A stretch of 64,000 bases of DNA from positions 672,001 to 736,000 of the forward strand of contig OY969564.1 in the NCBI GenBank assembly GCA_963701095.1, written 5' to 3'. The DNA is from an uncultured Methanoregulaceae archaeon (GTDB lineage: Archaea > Halobacteriota > Methanomicrobia > Methanomicrobiales > Methanospirillaceae). Within the stretch, counting starts at the first letter, position 1. Each line of letters begins with the position of its first letter. Positions 63,818 through 64,000 of this stretch are shown piece after piece. The notes under the pieces are model-generated. The model had not been told where the DNA came from. It was given only the letters and a program-made list of their open reading frames with translations, and did not search any database. The translations under genes were made by a program, and so were the position numbers.

Positions 63818-64000
63818 GGCAATTTTTGGATCTGGAGAAAATCCGAAGTAAAATCGTAACCAAAAGATCTAAGGTTTATTGTCGGAAAACCAGCGAAATA
63901 AGAAGAGACCATACGACCACAGATAAAAATCACTGCGTCCCTGGCGCGTTCCATATACAGTGAGTGGTGATTTCAGGGATAGATCAAAATAATTTTTCCC

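Noticed and set aside
1..64000. tRNA, rRNA, intact transposase or integrase genes
   Set aside because: None recognised by eye; tRNAscan-SE and Rfam searches would be needed to exclude RNA genes formally.

Overview
This window is most likely from a methanogenic archaeon of the Methanomicrobiales, Methanoregula-like (inferred from PEF-CTERM surface proteins, many REC/GAF/PAS histidine kinases, a TrmB regulator and DUF2769-type Cys-rich proteins). It is almost all accessory DNA. (i) 0.9-5 kb: an ABC-exporter/S-layer-domain operon divergent from TrmB. (ii) ~5.9-14.5 kb: unrelated cargo (two AbrB/MazF pairs, a RelE pair, DHFR-like, ICMT-like, NHL/PEF-CTERM and PsbP-like genes) separated by seven degenerate copies of one ~190-bp element, resembling a cassette array although no integrase is in the window. 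(iii) 18.4-23 kb: PEF-CTERM genes sharing a 3' tail and terminator. (iv) 15-61 kb: seven large PAS histidine kinases and one HTH-PAS protein built from shared and permuted modules. (v) SRAP, a RecA-like relic, an AT-hook protein, a Dph6-family ligase plus GATase, PfpI and several unannotated microproteins. About ten single-base frameshifts are more likely sequencing or assembly errors than biology. No rRNA, tRNA, CRISPR array or intact transposase was seen.
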